Assembly: GCA_020891255.1 (NCBI GenBank)
Contig: BQFW01000007.1
Span: 1,240,001 to 1,304,000 of the forward strand
From: Entomortierella parvispora E1425
Lineage: Eukaryota > Fungi > Mortierellomycota
DNA: 64,000 nucleotides
Reading direction: 5' to 3'
The notes below the pieces were generated by a model, which worked only from the letters and a program-made list of their open reading frames with translations, did not search any database and was not told the DNA's origin. A program made the translations under genes and the position numbers. Each line of letters starts with the position of its first letter. Position 1 is the stretch's first letter. Shown here in pieces: positions 28,971-41,743 of this stretch.

Positions 28971-31946
28971 ATGTCTGCTTACAAACAACGCACTTCCTAT
29001 CACCATCACCGGCAACGCGACGACCATTCCTCAGATCTCCGAGATGAAGACTTTACACAAGAGCACCACGCTTCAGTAGCGCACGCCTCTGCTACAACCC
29101 AGCCCCCAGCAACGGTTGCTATATCCACATCCGCAACAACAATAGCAATGGCATCGTCCTCTATCTCTCCCTCTTCTGCTACACCACGAGATATTCACCC
29201 TTCCTTTGCCACATCATCGACAACAGCGACGTTCCCTCATCACCTTCATCACCTCCACGCGAGCACAGCTTCCAGCGGACTCTTTCAAAGTCTCTCACAC
29301 GTCGGTAGCAGCTATCATACCGCGGCAGAAGACGAACAAGAAATCGTCATCGTCATCGAAAACAACCCTGCGGATCTGGAATGGACCCCGGTTCGCAACT
29401 CTGTCAGTGTCGCCCGTGCCAAGCAACGTCAGCAGCAATACCGAGAACGGCAACAGGAACGGACCAGGGAATGGCAATCCCTTTTGAACCAACACTACCG
29501 ACCCACGACCCCAACAACAGCAACCGCAACCAATTCACAACAGCAGCAACCGTCGCAGGGGTCATATTCATCATCGTCCTCTTCTTGGGTGGCGGCAGGC
29601 TCGCCAAGGCAGGGGTTGGTTGGCGTGGGAAACTCGCATCGCATTGTGAGCTACGACGGCAGCAATACTCAATACAGTGGCATTAGTGGAAAAAGTGAAC
29701 ATGAAGAGTTGCTTCTTCCGCCTGGTGACACCCATCATGAGATCATCCCTGGATCTGGACCGAGAGCGCCTTTGGCCCTTCGTCTTCATCCTGGCAGTAG
29801 TGGCGCGAGAGCAGTACCCACCATGGTCATGGTCCCAACGACTCCCTCTGCCGCCACCGAGGAGCAATTGAGCAGCGGGTTTTCGGATCTCATGACCAGT
29901 GACGGGCTAGAGAGCCTTGGCGGTGGATCGGAGGATTTGGGGGGTTGGTCACAAGCAGAGGACGAAGCGGATGAGCTAGACGAAGATGAAGGAGAGGTCC
30001 TGTCGTTTACGCTATCGACCGCCTCACCCATGCTTCAACGACACCGTCTCTCATTCCCGAATGCCGCATCGCCATCCGTTTTGCCCAGCGCGCCGTCCAC
30101 CGCTGCGGGATCAGCGGACTTTTCAACCCAACGACCTCCAGTGTCTGCAAGAAGCCGATCAAGTTCCTCGGCCACCTCTCTGAGTCAATTGCCCAGACCT
30201 TCATTTGCCGCGGTACCCTCTACCTCGAATAGTAGAACGTATCCCCTCAGACCCCAGGATACCCACAGCCGAACGCCATCTTCACTCTCGGACGGACTTC
30301 AGAACCAAATGCCTCTTCACGATGGATCTGGAAACTTTGTGGATCTCATGGAAGGACATCCGCCACCACTGGAGCATCGATCCTCTAGTCAAACCATCGA
30401 TCTTCTTTCCGACCTTGACGACTCTTCCTTGGACCTGGACCTGGATTGGGAAAGTTCTTCATCTCACGAGTCCTCGCTCCTGCGAACTTATCAGCAACCC
30501 CTCAATGCCTCCTTTACCCTCCGCAGACGGATCTCTTCTTCGGAATTCAAGACGGTTATTCAAAATATTGCCGATCTTCAGCATCAAAGCGCCATGCTCC
30601 CACACCAGAACCTGAATCCTTCCGGCAGCCACAACAACCTCAGTAGTAGTTCCCATAGTCAAGGAATCCTTTCATCACCTCTATCCCTTTCCAGATTGCA
30701 ATGGCGTCCAACACAGAATGTCGGCCTTCCAGGATCACTCCAGGACTCCTCTCGCCCTCGGTTCACGTATCTGTACAGTGGCTCCAGGCGGCCCATCTTT
30801 AATATTTATGAGGACGAGATGGAAAATATGGCCGATATGATGTACGAAATGCCTGCACGACTGGGCTGGGTGGAGGCGTTCCAGACAGCGCTGATGGCGC
30901 TTGAGCCCTGTGAGTCGAGCCCGTACAGTCTCGAGGGTGACAAGGTAAAGCACAACTCCATCTGTTTGGATAAAAAAAAATGTGCAGGATCCGAAAGGGT
31001 CATTCCCGGAAACTAACTAATGGTTGCTATTGTTTGCCAACCTCCAAAAGTGGCATCCGGTCAAGGTCCTGACTGCGCTTTCGGCCGATGCTGACAGATC
31101 CGAGAGTGACGGAGTGCCCAAGGAACAACCACAACCCGCTGCTTCACAGGGCCAAGGGACCTCTCATCACATGGACAAAGACGACGGGAACAAGGAGGCT
31201 TTGCGCCAGATTCGGGAGAACATGAATGCGACTACCATGGAGGCGATGCAGAAGCTGCAACAGAATGGGCGTAGGAGAACGGCAGGACGTCCAATTGCAT
31301 CACAGGGTCATCCGTATCGTCATCATTATCGAGGACCATCCTTTGATCCAATGCAGGTCGATTTCTCTCCGACCGTACGCACACAGGAACAGGATTCTGG
31401 TCTTGATCGGGAAGGGGATGGAGGACTGATATCTCAATCGACAGGGACATCGACTTCTCACAGGTAAAAAAAAAAAAAAAAGAATCGAGCCGAACCATTC
31501 TTTTCGCACATGACTCCGCGGAAACAACAGCGACAACAAAAAAAGGAGAGTATGACGAACCCTTCGTTTCCTTACACCCTTACTTGTCCTTTTGTAGAAT
31601 GTTGGACTCCAACCTATGGGCCGTGGTTCTTTCGACTCTGCGTCGATTCCGGGATCATGTGCAGTCAAATTTCCTTTTTGATACTTATGAGTACGAGGAC
31701 GAAGATCTGGGTGTTCAAAGGTCCACCTCTTCAACTTCAAGGGCAAGGCTAACCCGAGAGAACTTGGCACAATTCCGATCGGGTCCTACTACTAGATCCA
31801 CGTCATCATCCGTTTCATCTTATTCGAACCGTGGTAGTGGTGTCCGTCGCGTCAACAGTGATTGTGGAATGGAAAGCTTACGAGATCATCTCTATAGTCA
31901 CTCAACTTATCCTCATCGACAATTAGAACCTCGACTCGTGGAGTAG
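28971..31946 (+). CDS. Hypothetical low-complexity Ser/Gln/acidic-rich protein (3 exons)
   Basis: A 681-codon first ORF is joined by plausible introns (GTAAAG 30944..AAAG 31050; GTAAAA 31463..TGTAG 31598) to exons ending at 31946. No recognisable domain. Confidence 0.65.
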
Positions 31947-32074
31947 AAAACAAAATGCTAGTTAACCATACCATCTTTGTGGATACATGGATGTCGATTT
32001 TTTTTTAATGTCATTATTTTCTTTCATGTCAAAAAAAAAAAAGGATGGAAGGGTTTCATGAAAGATCACACTTT

Positions 32075-33932
32075 TTACAGCTTGGAAACGGATAGCTTGA
32101 CATTCTGAGCCTTCAAACGGTTGATCAAGACGTGTCCAAAGGCAAACGCGGGCGTCAAAACACCTCCTTCGACCTTGTTCAGGGTTCTAACTTCGTCCTC
32201 GTTCTCAACCATGCACATGGCACCTTCGACCAGGTATCTGCAGGTCTCAAAGTAACCTGGGTCACCTCCATGGATGGTAGCCACAGCCCTCATAGGCGCG
32301 ATCTTTTTCTTATCGCCAGCAACATTCTCGGGCAGAGCCCCCTCACCAATGACCTTGATTGTGAAGAAGGACTTTGCAATGTCTTCGTCCGCAGGGCCTG
32401 TGCCGGGTGCAGGCAGGAGGTTCTTTTCAATCAATCGACGCAAAGGTCCTACGGTCAAAGCCGCACCTCCCAATCCCATGCCAAGAGTCGCGATCGTGGT
32501 GGTGAAGAAGCCCGGGAAGGACATGGACTCTCTGTAGGTGAATTCGGGTCCATAACCGACGCCGTCCCGCTCAATGGAAAGACCATGGCTGCGCTTGACC
32601 AACTTTTCATTGGAGGAGGACATGATAAAGTATCCTTGCCATTTACCGATATCCTTGTCCCAACAGATGGTAGGCAAGGAAATGTTGGCAGGGAGAACCT
32701 TGGAGACAACCGACTCGGGGACAAGCTGGTTCTGATCCTTCATGGCCTTCAAACCAATTTCTGAGCGAGCTTCAATGATTCCACAGACGGATGCCAACGT
32801 GCCTCCAGAAGCTGTTCAGCCAACAAACTTCAGGTTAGTGGCGTTTTCTCATTGGAATTTGAGCATGAAAAAAAAAAAAAAAAAAAAAAAAGACTTGCCT
32901 GATCCACGGAGGTTGGTGACAGAGAGCTTGGCAGACTTTGTAGCAACATTGTGTTCCTTGCGGAGGTAATCCACAACCCTGGAAGGAGAAAGGAAGCGAG
33001 GGGATCGGTATCAAAGTCAAAAGCTGTACTTTTTCAATAAACGATTTGATGTAATCATGGATTCCTGTCACAATCTTCTTTTGTCCTTACATCAAGGTGC
33101 CGAGTTCGGATGGAACAGAGTCAAAGCCACACTCGGGAACGAGCACAACTCGCTTGGCAAGAGCTTCATCGTGGTACTTTTTGATGATGTTCTGTCAACG
33201 GACACAGACAGCAAAAAAAGCGCGTTAGTCTCGCTGGACCAAAAAATATTGACATCATGTGGTTGACATCACAATGATTCTTACATGGACAAAAGGTGCC
33301 TCTCCGGTCGAGTCGACGTAGTGAGTTCCCTGCTTGACACAAGCGCCAACCAAAGGCTCGCCATACTTCAAAAAGGGTCCGACGGTACTGATCACGACCT
33401 TTGTCTTGGCCGCCATGGCCTCCAAAGCCTCCGAGTCTGAAGAATCGGCTTGAATAATGGCCAGATTCTACATAGTCAGTAGACCAATATGAGGAAGGGC
33501 GTTAGATCCTTGAAATCTGTTCCTTCAACAATTGCATTTTCTGTATGCACGTCTTTCTCCCTACCGAAAGCGAGGGGTCAATGGCGACCAACTTTTCGCG
33601 AACCTCCTCCAGCTTGGCGACGGAGCGTCCAGCAATTGCCCAGCGAACATTCTAAAGAGGATGAAACAAGAAGCAAAACAATTAGACCTTCCACACAGCG
33701 CCCGTGAAATTCCTGTTGGGATGGCAAGCAATCGATCATGACTTTCATACCGACTTGTAAGTGCGAGCAAGATACTGTTGCAAAAGGTTAGAAAAAGTTT
33801 CAACACATGTTAGCACAAAGCGACGTTCAGGATCCAGTCAAGAGGAAGCTCCTTCTTATCTACCTGGCACGTCCTCAGCCCAGTAAAGCCAGTGGCTCCA
33901 TAAATAACAATGTCATATTCCTTGGAGACCAT
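32075..33932 (-). CDS. Saccharopine dehydrogenase-like oxidoreductase (SCCPDH-type), multi-exon
   Basis: N-terminal Rossmann motif YDIVIYGATGFTG; VISTVGPF; VVHSCGFDSVPSD; C-terminal GGDPGYFETCRYLVEGA and GGVLTPAFAFGHVLINRL. Confidence 0.88.
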
Positions 33933-34513
33933 GTTGGATGTGAGTTAAGAAAGAGTAAGAGTAAAAAGGGTTGAGGGTAGAGAAGAGGGAAAAGAAAAGA
34001 AAATTTTTCAAGAGCCGGAAAAAAAAAAAAGGTGTTGGGAGTTGGGTCGTGAGAGGAGAGAGAGAGAGAGATGTAAATGAGTAAGAGTCGTTAAACAGGA
34101 TGCGAGAATGCAGAATGAGCAATGGGTAGTAAGGAGGGAGGGAAGAGTGGAGAAGGAATGCGCGCAAGAGACGGGGGTGATGAGTGAAAGACGACGAAAG
34201 AAGTGAGACTCAAGGACATAACGGCACTTCTAAGTGATCGAGCCGATCGGGCGGAGTTGCAGGCAGAGCTGCTTTGTGGGCAGTCGCCGTCTTTAATTTC
34301 TTTCATGACGGACAAAATGTAGAGAGAGAGCACGGACACCCTTCACGAGCCGAGGCCCGAGGCCGTCCTCAGGATCTTCTTTGCACAACCATGACGTGGT
34401 CCTTCCCATCGTCAAGCGTAATGTAGTAAGTGATCGGCAAAGCATGCAAACCATGTGCTCTCGTTCTTCTCAATCTGTGCTTCCGAACATAAGCTACGCG
34501 TTGAAAACACATT

Positions 34514-36572
34514 CTACCGATCATACTTTTGCTGGTACCGGGCAGTTTGAAATGTTGGCCGAGACGCTTGGGACCCAGAACTGGAGCCGGACCGACCGCC
34601 CCCCGCTCCTAGCCCTGTAAATGAACGCGCTGGGAAGGCCTCTTCCATCCCCCTGTGCTTTTGTGGACTTGCATCTTGTCTCCTTCCCCTATCTCGGCCA
34701 AGGCTACGACTACGACTCCTGCTTCTACCTCGACTTCTACTCCTGCTCCCGCTAAAGCTTCTGCCTCTGTCGCCTCTTCCTCTTTGATGTCTGCTCCTGC
34801 TCCTGCTTCTACTTCTGCTGTCGCGAGTGGATCGCTGTCCATGGTGCGAGTTCCGATCGCGGGGCCGAGATCGGGATCGAGATCTGGAGCGAGAGTATGA
34901 CGGTGATCGGGATAACGATCGGGTCCGGGCTCTCCCCCTCGAGGCCTGAACATCGTGCATCCGTTTACCCTTTGAGAAGGCCTGTTTCCGCCTCCAAAGC
35001 ACTGTGTCGTGGAACTTGTCAAGTGCACCTTGGTGCCATCCATCATCACCTGGCATCCTCACAGCCGTCGAAAGACTTTGCTCCTCTGCCAGAAAATCCG
35101 CCAAAGCCCCTAGAACTGCTGCATGCTTGGACTCGTCCCGCTTTAATGGGATCGAGACTTCCGTCGGCATTGGTTCATAGAACCTAGCTTCAGACTTTTG
35201 CAAAAAAAAAAAGACACTTGAGTTTGTATGAATCACATCACAGGTTTTCATAGATGAAGTCTTTGGACATAACTTACGTCAATTCTGGAAGCCATTAGTG
35301 CAGCAGGCAAATCCTTAGTGACGGCATCTCGGAAAGCAGGTGCAGGGGTTGGTGCAGGGGCTGGTGGTGAATGTTGTTGGAAATTAGCTGGCGCCGGAGG
35401 AGGCGGCTGTGATGACTGGTGAAACTGCGGATGTATCTGGTGTTGTTGCTGTTGCTGTGATTGATAAGGTATAGCTTCTTGACGCGGTTGTGATTGCTGT
35501 GACAATGATGGCCAAGGACCTGCGTGCGGAGCTACTGGGGGTTGTTGCGGTTGTGCATACGTCGGGTTATTGTGAAGATGCGGTGGAGGCGCGGGAGCAC
35601 CAGGCAAGAGCGGCGGTCTTTTTACATCCATTTCCATAGTATCCAATACGTGCTGTGGGAAGAATGCCCTGTTTCGCCAAATGTCAAGAACCTAAAAAGA
35701 GATCGACGCCACCAAACTGTTAATTGCCGAGAAACACACCGAAATTACAGCGCGGCGGCAAATGTTGGTCCTGCTTACCTTGATGACGCGTTGTCTTTGA
35801 GAGTCGTCGATTCCAGGAATATAGTAAGCAACGCGCAGGATGGCGACCAGATGAGGACAGAATGCGTCCTTGATCCACGGTAACTGTTTCCGATCACTGT
35901 TGATACATGTGTAGGAGGTAGGATTAGTGGACATGTGCTGCAATTGCTCAATCCTTGCCAAGTTGGTAGCTCTTCTTTATGCAAGTAGCCGCGGTTACGA
36001 TACCTGTGCGACAGAATATCATTAACGAGATAGAGCAAGTGCAATTTCTCCTCGAACGTTTTCCGGGAAATGGCTATAGCCACGATGGCGCGAGCCACAA
36101 GGTCGATCTGTTGAGGATTGTGGCAATTTTGAGCGACCCAACTCTTGCCCGCCTATTACACGGAGGACGAGAATGGTTAGAGTGCCGAACTCAAAAGAAT
36201 GAGAACAAGGGGTCACTGCTTTTTGTTCGCAACCAGATTTCTTGCCTGAATGTTGGCCTGAGAGCAATCACTCATTAAAAGCTCGACATCGCTCCAGAAG
36301 GCAGAAATGTCGTCCTGGACCATGCTAGGGCTGTGCATGCGAAGGAGATCTAGAGCCTGAAGGGCAGCCATGTGGAGTGGATCTTGATGCTGGACATCCT
36401 GTGGTTGTGGCGGCCGTGGTGGCTGCAAGTCCTGGCGATGTTGCTGAGGTTGCTGAGGTTGTTGCTGGAAAGGAGCAAACTGCTGGTGGTGCGGTTGCTG
36501 CAGTTGAGCATTGTTCCCGTAATGCCGAGGAGGCTGCTGGTGGTTGTGGTGAAATGGCTGGTTCCTGTCCAT
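34514..36572 (-). CDS. CID/RPR-domain, RS-rich splicing-factor-like protein (CHERP-like)
   Basis: Gln/Pro-rich N-terminus; CID-like helices (DVELLMSDCSQANIQ; TFEEKLHLLYLVNDILSH); DLPAALM and FYEPMP..(A)VLGALADF motifs recalled from CHERP; long RS-dipeptide tract near the C-terminus. Confidence 0.7.
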
Positions 36573-36804
36573 TGTGATTAGATGGGGCGTGTTAGACTCG
36601 ATCGGATCATGGCGCGTTGGAGTGGACAGGACGACAAGAACAAGCAAGAGCGAATCACGTGCGATCAAGGGCAGCGACCAAAAGAAAAAGAAAAAAAAAA
36701 AAAAAAAGAGTGGAGAAAAAGACACTCTTTCTCCAGACACACTGGCGAGGTGTTCCTCTTCCTTTCCTTCCCTTCCTCGTTCTCCTCCGCCCTGCTGCTC
36801 TGCA

Positions 36805-36920
36805 TCCCATCCCATCCCATCCCATCCCATTCTTCTCCTTCTCCTTCTCTCTTCTCTCTTCTCTCTTCTCTCCTCCTTCCCTTCCCTTCCCTTCTCTTCC
36901 CTTCCTTTCCCTTCCCTTCT
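36805..36920. repeat. Polypyrimidine (CATCC)n/(CCCTT)n/(CTCTT)n microsatellite tract in the divergent intergenic region
   Basis: catcccatcccatcccatccc...cttcccttcccttcccttctcttcccttcctttcccttccctt; nearly pure pyrimidine on the + strand. Confidence 0.8.
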
Positions 36921-37320
36921 ACCAATCTGTCATCTCCACACCGTCAAACACGCGCTCCAAAAAGGACTCGCTTCCATTCACCTGCCATCTCCCCACTCCC
37001 GCCGCTCCTCCACATTCTCGGTCATCATCCTCCGCCAAAAGGCTCTCTTCTTCTCTCTCCTTTGAACCAACCAAATCCCTCCATCTCTATCTCTTCCTTC
37101 TCTCCCTCCCACCCTCTCTCTTTCGCTCTGTATATCTGTGTAAGCATACCGTACTCTGGAGATGCATAGCTCCTTAAAAGAGATTTCTGTTTCTGTCAGA
37201 GTCTCCGTCACTTCCGAAGAGTACCATTACTGACTTGCTGGTCTGGCATCCTTTTTTTTTGCTCCTCCCCCTCGTTCTTCTCCCTTCAATCCATCAACTA
37301 CAATAGACAATCGCTCCCCG

Positions 37321-37539
37321 ATGAACTTTCCGTCACTGCTCTCTGACCATGAACAGCGGGCATTCACAGATTTCCTGAATCAGTTGGCGCAGGAGGACAA
37401 TTCAAACCAGCCAAAAGCCGATGGAGCGCCTGGACCTCCAGGGGTAGATCCCTCCCTTACTCAACAGCAACAGCAACAGCTTCAGCTCCAACTGCAGCAC
37501 CACTTGCACCTTCGTCAACTTCAGCAACAACACCAGCAA

Positions 37540-37573
<34 letters not shown>

Positions 37574-38116
37574 GACAGGGATCCCCGCAGGCTGGCGGAT
37601 TAGGACTTCCAAGCATGATATTGCCACCTTTGGCGCTGGATGCCAACGCAGAGCAGCTTGCCCTGGCTCAGCAGCAGCGCGATTGGCTTCAACAGATCAG
37701 TGCTAATCCTCTACTGGCCCCTGGAGGCGTCATTAACCCCCATGCTATGAGCCAAGCAATGCTGCAGAACCCACTTTTGATGGCCCAGGCGAACGCCATC
37801 TCTCAGGCCATGGTCCTTGCTCAACAGCAGCAGCTTCAGCAGCAGCAGCAGCAACAACAACGTCAGCAGCAAATGCATATGATGCAACAACAACAGCAAC
37901 AGCAGCAACAACAACAACAGCAGCAACAACAGCACCAATACCAACAACAGCATCACCTTCAGCAACAACAGCATGACCACTTTCAGCAGGCCCTTCAGCA
38001 ACAGGCTTTTCAGTTTCGAGCACAGGCAGGCTCAATGCCACCACCCTTCCAACCTCCACTCCCACACCCTTCTACTCAACAACCACAACACCAACAACAG
38101 CAACAACAACAGCAGC

Positions 38117-38189
<73 letters not shown>

Positions 38190-39384
38190 ACAGCATCAAC
38201 AGCAGCCACAGCATGATGTGGTATCACCCACACCAAAGCCATCAAAACCAACAAAACGAAAGTCCAAGGCCGAGGCAAAGAGCGCTCCACCGACAGCTGA
38301 TGCTGGTGTAGGTACCTCATCCAGGTCATCAAGTCCCATACCCTCGCAGACTTTTGATCAAGATTCACCCGCAGCAGAGAATTCTGCGCCACAAAACCAC
38401 GGGTCAAAGCTGGAGAGTGACTCTGAAAACACTCATTCGGCGCCTCCATCCAAGAAAGCAGCTAGACGCAAAGGATCTTCAGCAAAGCCTGGTTCAATGG
38501 ATTCCACAGGCTCGTCAGGGTTGGTGGCCAAATCCGCACATCGGTCGAGCCGTGACGGTTTTGATCCCTTGCAGGGCAACGCACGACGAAAGTCAAAAAG
38601 TGGCGCGCAGCCACAGCAACGGCAGATCAACGGAGGCAGCGCCGATTTCCGGGAAGAAAGTGAGGAGGGCAGCAATGGATTGTTGGAGCCTAAGCTTGAA
38701 GGATCAGGATCTTCCCCTTCGCCGCACGATCAAAATGAATCCACGCTTTCGCCTCCTCCGCGGTCAGGGACTACCAAAAAGCCTCAGCACGAGCTTTTGA
38801 CTGAGGCAGAGAAGAAAGCGAACCACATTGCATCGGAACAAAAGAGGCGACAGAACATTCGTGTGGGATTCGACTCGTTGGTGGAGATTGTGCCAACATT
38901 GAGCGACTGCCATCGGAGTGAAGCTGTCATCTTGCAAAAATGTAAGTTGTGATTTTTTTATGGTTTTCTAACTTTCGTGGAAATGAATTTTTAACCTTTT
39001 TTTTTTTTTTTTTTCTTTTTTTTCTTGCTCTTCTTTGTCCACCAGCTGTCGAGTACATTCACCGCCTATTGAATCAAAAGAATGAACTGAAGGGTCGGGT
39101 ACGGGACCTGCAGACACATCTTGGCGATCCGGTGGACGAGTCAGACTCTGTAAGTGCCCTATTTTGTGTTTGCGCAGAGGAGCTCATTCCTCAGTCGCGT
39201 GAAAAATTGGCTCGTGTCCTTTTTTTGTGTTTTCACATGGGTGTGACAAGGATTGGATTTTGGACCTTATTTGGACCATTCGCCCTGAAGTCATAATTCT
39301 TGACAGCCTTCAAACTATTTGTTGACAATGAAATCACTCGTGTTTTTCTAGGCTTCCGATATGGACATTGAGCCAGATGAATGA
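37321..39384 (+). CDS. bHLH(-ZIP) transcription factor (Mlx/Mondo/Ino4-like) with several polyQ tracts
   Basis: KKANHIASEQKRRQNIRVGFDSLVEIVPTL..SEAVILQK|..VEYIHRLLNQKNELKGRVRDLQ. Introns at about 38942 and 39150; last exon ASDMDIEPDE-TGA (39352-39384, inferred). Confidence 0.85.
38092..38193 (+). repeat. CAA/CAG microsatellite encoding 34 consecutive Gln
   Basis: 102 nt of CAA/CAG codons, including a pure (CAA)14 at 38116-38157. Confidence 0.95.
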
Positions 39385-39786
39385 TCGGGTTGTTTTTCCA
39401 AACTGCCTCAAGGACCTGGAAGAGCACGTTTCAATCCACGAATCAATGCCTTGACGTGGAATTGCGGACAATTGACAGCAACACAACATATCGACATCAT
39501 GTACATAATACCCTCACCTAGTGCAGTACCTCTCTTTCCGCATTCATAAATGTATCGTACTCGTTTCACCCAACTGGAGTGTCACTCTCTGCGGTCTCTT
39601 TTGTCTTTGGGCTGGCGGCTATACCATGTTCAACGTGTCTCCCCCCCCCCCTTTTTTTTTTTTTTTTTAATGGTTCCTTGCTTGCACTACTGCCCATTCT
39701 TGAAGATGGTCAGATCCATTGGGTATTGGGCGGGATATCAGGGAGGAAGCCGGTCATCAGCAGTGCGGCTAGTTGAAAAGCCAGCT

Positions 39787-41329
39787 TCAAAGAACTTGAA
39801 CACCATAGCTTATCGCGCGAGTCGCTATACCCCTGTCAGTCATGATCGATTTCAAGAAAGAATCCATAGCCTCTTCAGGGTGAAGAGTTCCAAAAACCGA
39901 ATCCAGCCGCGGCCAAGAGTCCACCATCCACCGGACATCTTCCTCTGTCAATTGTTGAGATTCAAGCTTCAGTTCTTGCAGCTTTTGCAGGGTCGCCAAT
40001 TGTTCAAGTCCAGCTATCAGTCGAAAGTCCAAGCCCTTCGCACCTCCCCATCCCACATATACAAATAGGTAGGTAAGCGACCTGAGAGTCCCGAGTCGAC
40101 TCATGATCAACCTCTGACCTTCCAGCGCGTCCTTACCTACCACGCTGATGCCCAAGGTAAGACGCTGGAGGCCCAAGCAAGCCCAGGTGGGTCGAGAGTC
40201 GTTCACGATATGCCAATCAGTTAAATAGCGCATCGACAAGGTTTCAAGAGCAGGTAGAGTGTATAGGATCTCCTGGACGATTCTACCACTGTCGGTGACC
40301 GTGTTCATGACATCTAGAGATCGAAGAGTCGATGCGTACCTTATCCGAACCTGGTCGCAGGCAGCCTGACTAAAGAACCCAAGAGGCAGGCCCAATCCTT
40401 GTAGTGGCAAACCGACTCTTTTTTCCAGGAACGGAGCCACATCTTCGGCTGGGGATCCAAAGACTGACAGTGACATTGACCAGTTTGGGACAGTGCCGAG
40501 TTTGTTCCGCCAGATAGGGTCCCAGCGCTTTTGATCCGGACTTGTCTTTAGCAAACCAGATCAAAGTTTCGAGGTCTGGGCAGTATCTCAAAAGAGCCAG
40601 TTCAAAGTCCCGTCTTGTATTCCGGTTGCTGTGCACACCGAGCGTCTTGATCCCAAGGGGTCGTCGACACGGGCTGGCCTCGGCTAACCATTCTGGTAGA
40701 GTGGAAGGGTGTCCTTGAGGGAGGCTGTTCTTGGGTCCACCGAAAGCGCCGGCGTCCAGAAGCGGCGAAAATTCGACGTGACGGAGATGCAAATGGGATA
40801 AACGCGACCAGAGGTCCCAACACAAGGACCAAGTCGCGTGCGTGACGGAGATCCGGTCCACCTTGAGGGTTTCCAGCAATGGACAGGTAGCTATGGCCGA
40901 CCATAATTCGTTGCTTTCCCTTTGCCCTTTCTCAGACCAACCACATACAAAGTGGAGATCTAAATAGACCAGGGTGAGGTGATGGCGAAGGATGAACGTT
41001 GCCAAGTCTGAGGAAGGACCCTTCATTCTCAGCTCCTCAAGAATCTGAAAATAGACATCCTGGACGCCTGTAATAGTATATTCCAACATGCTGCCATCAA
41101 AGTAACTGTAGTGGAGGGTCTTGACATAGTGAGAGTGACGAAGGATCGAGTTTTTGTATAATACTCTGCCGAGGGGTGAATGTCGGATTATACTCAGTTT
41201 TTGCCAAATCAAAGGGCGACAGGTCTGGCTCCAATCCTGGGAGACGAGTGAACACACAGTGAGTTCGTGGGGAGTCAGGAACTGAGCGATGTGACTCTTG
41301 ATCTCTGGTAGATCAAGTGGATGGACCAT
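39787..41329 (-). pseudogene. F-box/LRR (RNI-like) family gene split by a single +1 frameshift near 40465 (pseudogene or assembly indel)
   Basis: ORF 41329-40370 begins with the F-box MVHPLDLPEIKSHIAQFL. Homology to neighbouring paralogues switches to overlapping ORF 40554-39787 after HCPKLVNVTVSL, which carries TWACLGLQRLTL, GLEQLATLQKL and VRWMVDSWPRL. No room for an intron. Confidence 0.7.
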
Positions 41330-41743
41330 GGCAGATGGTAAAGTTGAAGAGATGGGAGGATGGAAGGATGCAACCATGCATGGAGGGACGTTCTCCCTTG
41401 GTCAGAAGTGGCAATGGCAGTGTGCCCTGCCACGATGCTCAGCCTCCGCACAGACTGCATCACAAATTTTTCTGTCCAGATGTTTTTTTTTTTTTTTTTT
41501 TAGATGTTCATCAGATGGTCAACGAAGTTCAACGAACTTGGACCTCGTAGTTTTGTGAATGGGTCTTCACTCCTCTTTTGTCTATTATCTTGCTCAAGGA
41601 GCGAAATTAAGGCCTATCCGTTGTGAAGAGTCCCCAAGATCGAATCCAATCGCGGCCATTTGTCCAGCATCCATTGAACGTCGTCCTTTGACAAACACTG
41701 AGGGTGAAAGCTCATCGTTTTATTCAACAGTGTATTTTAGCAT

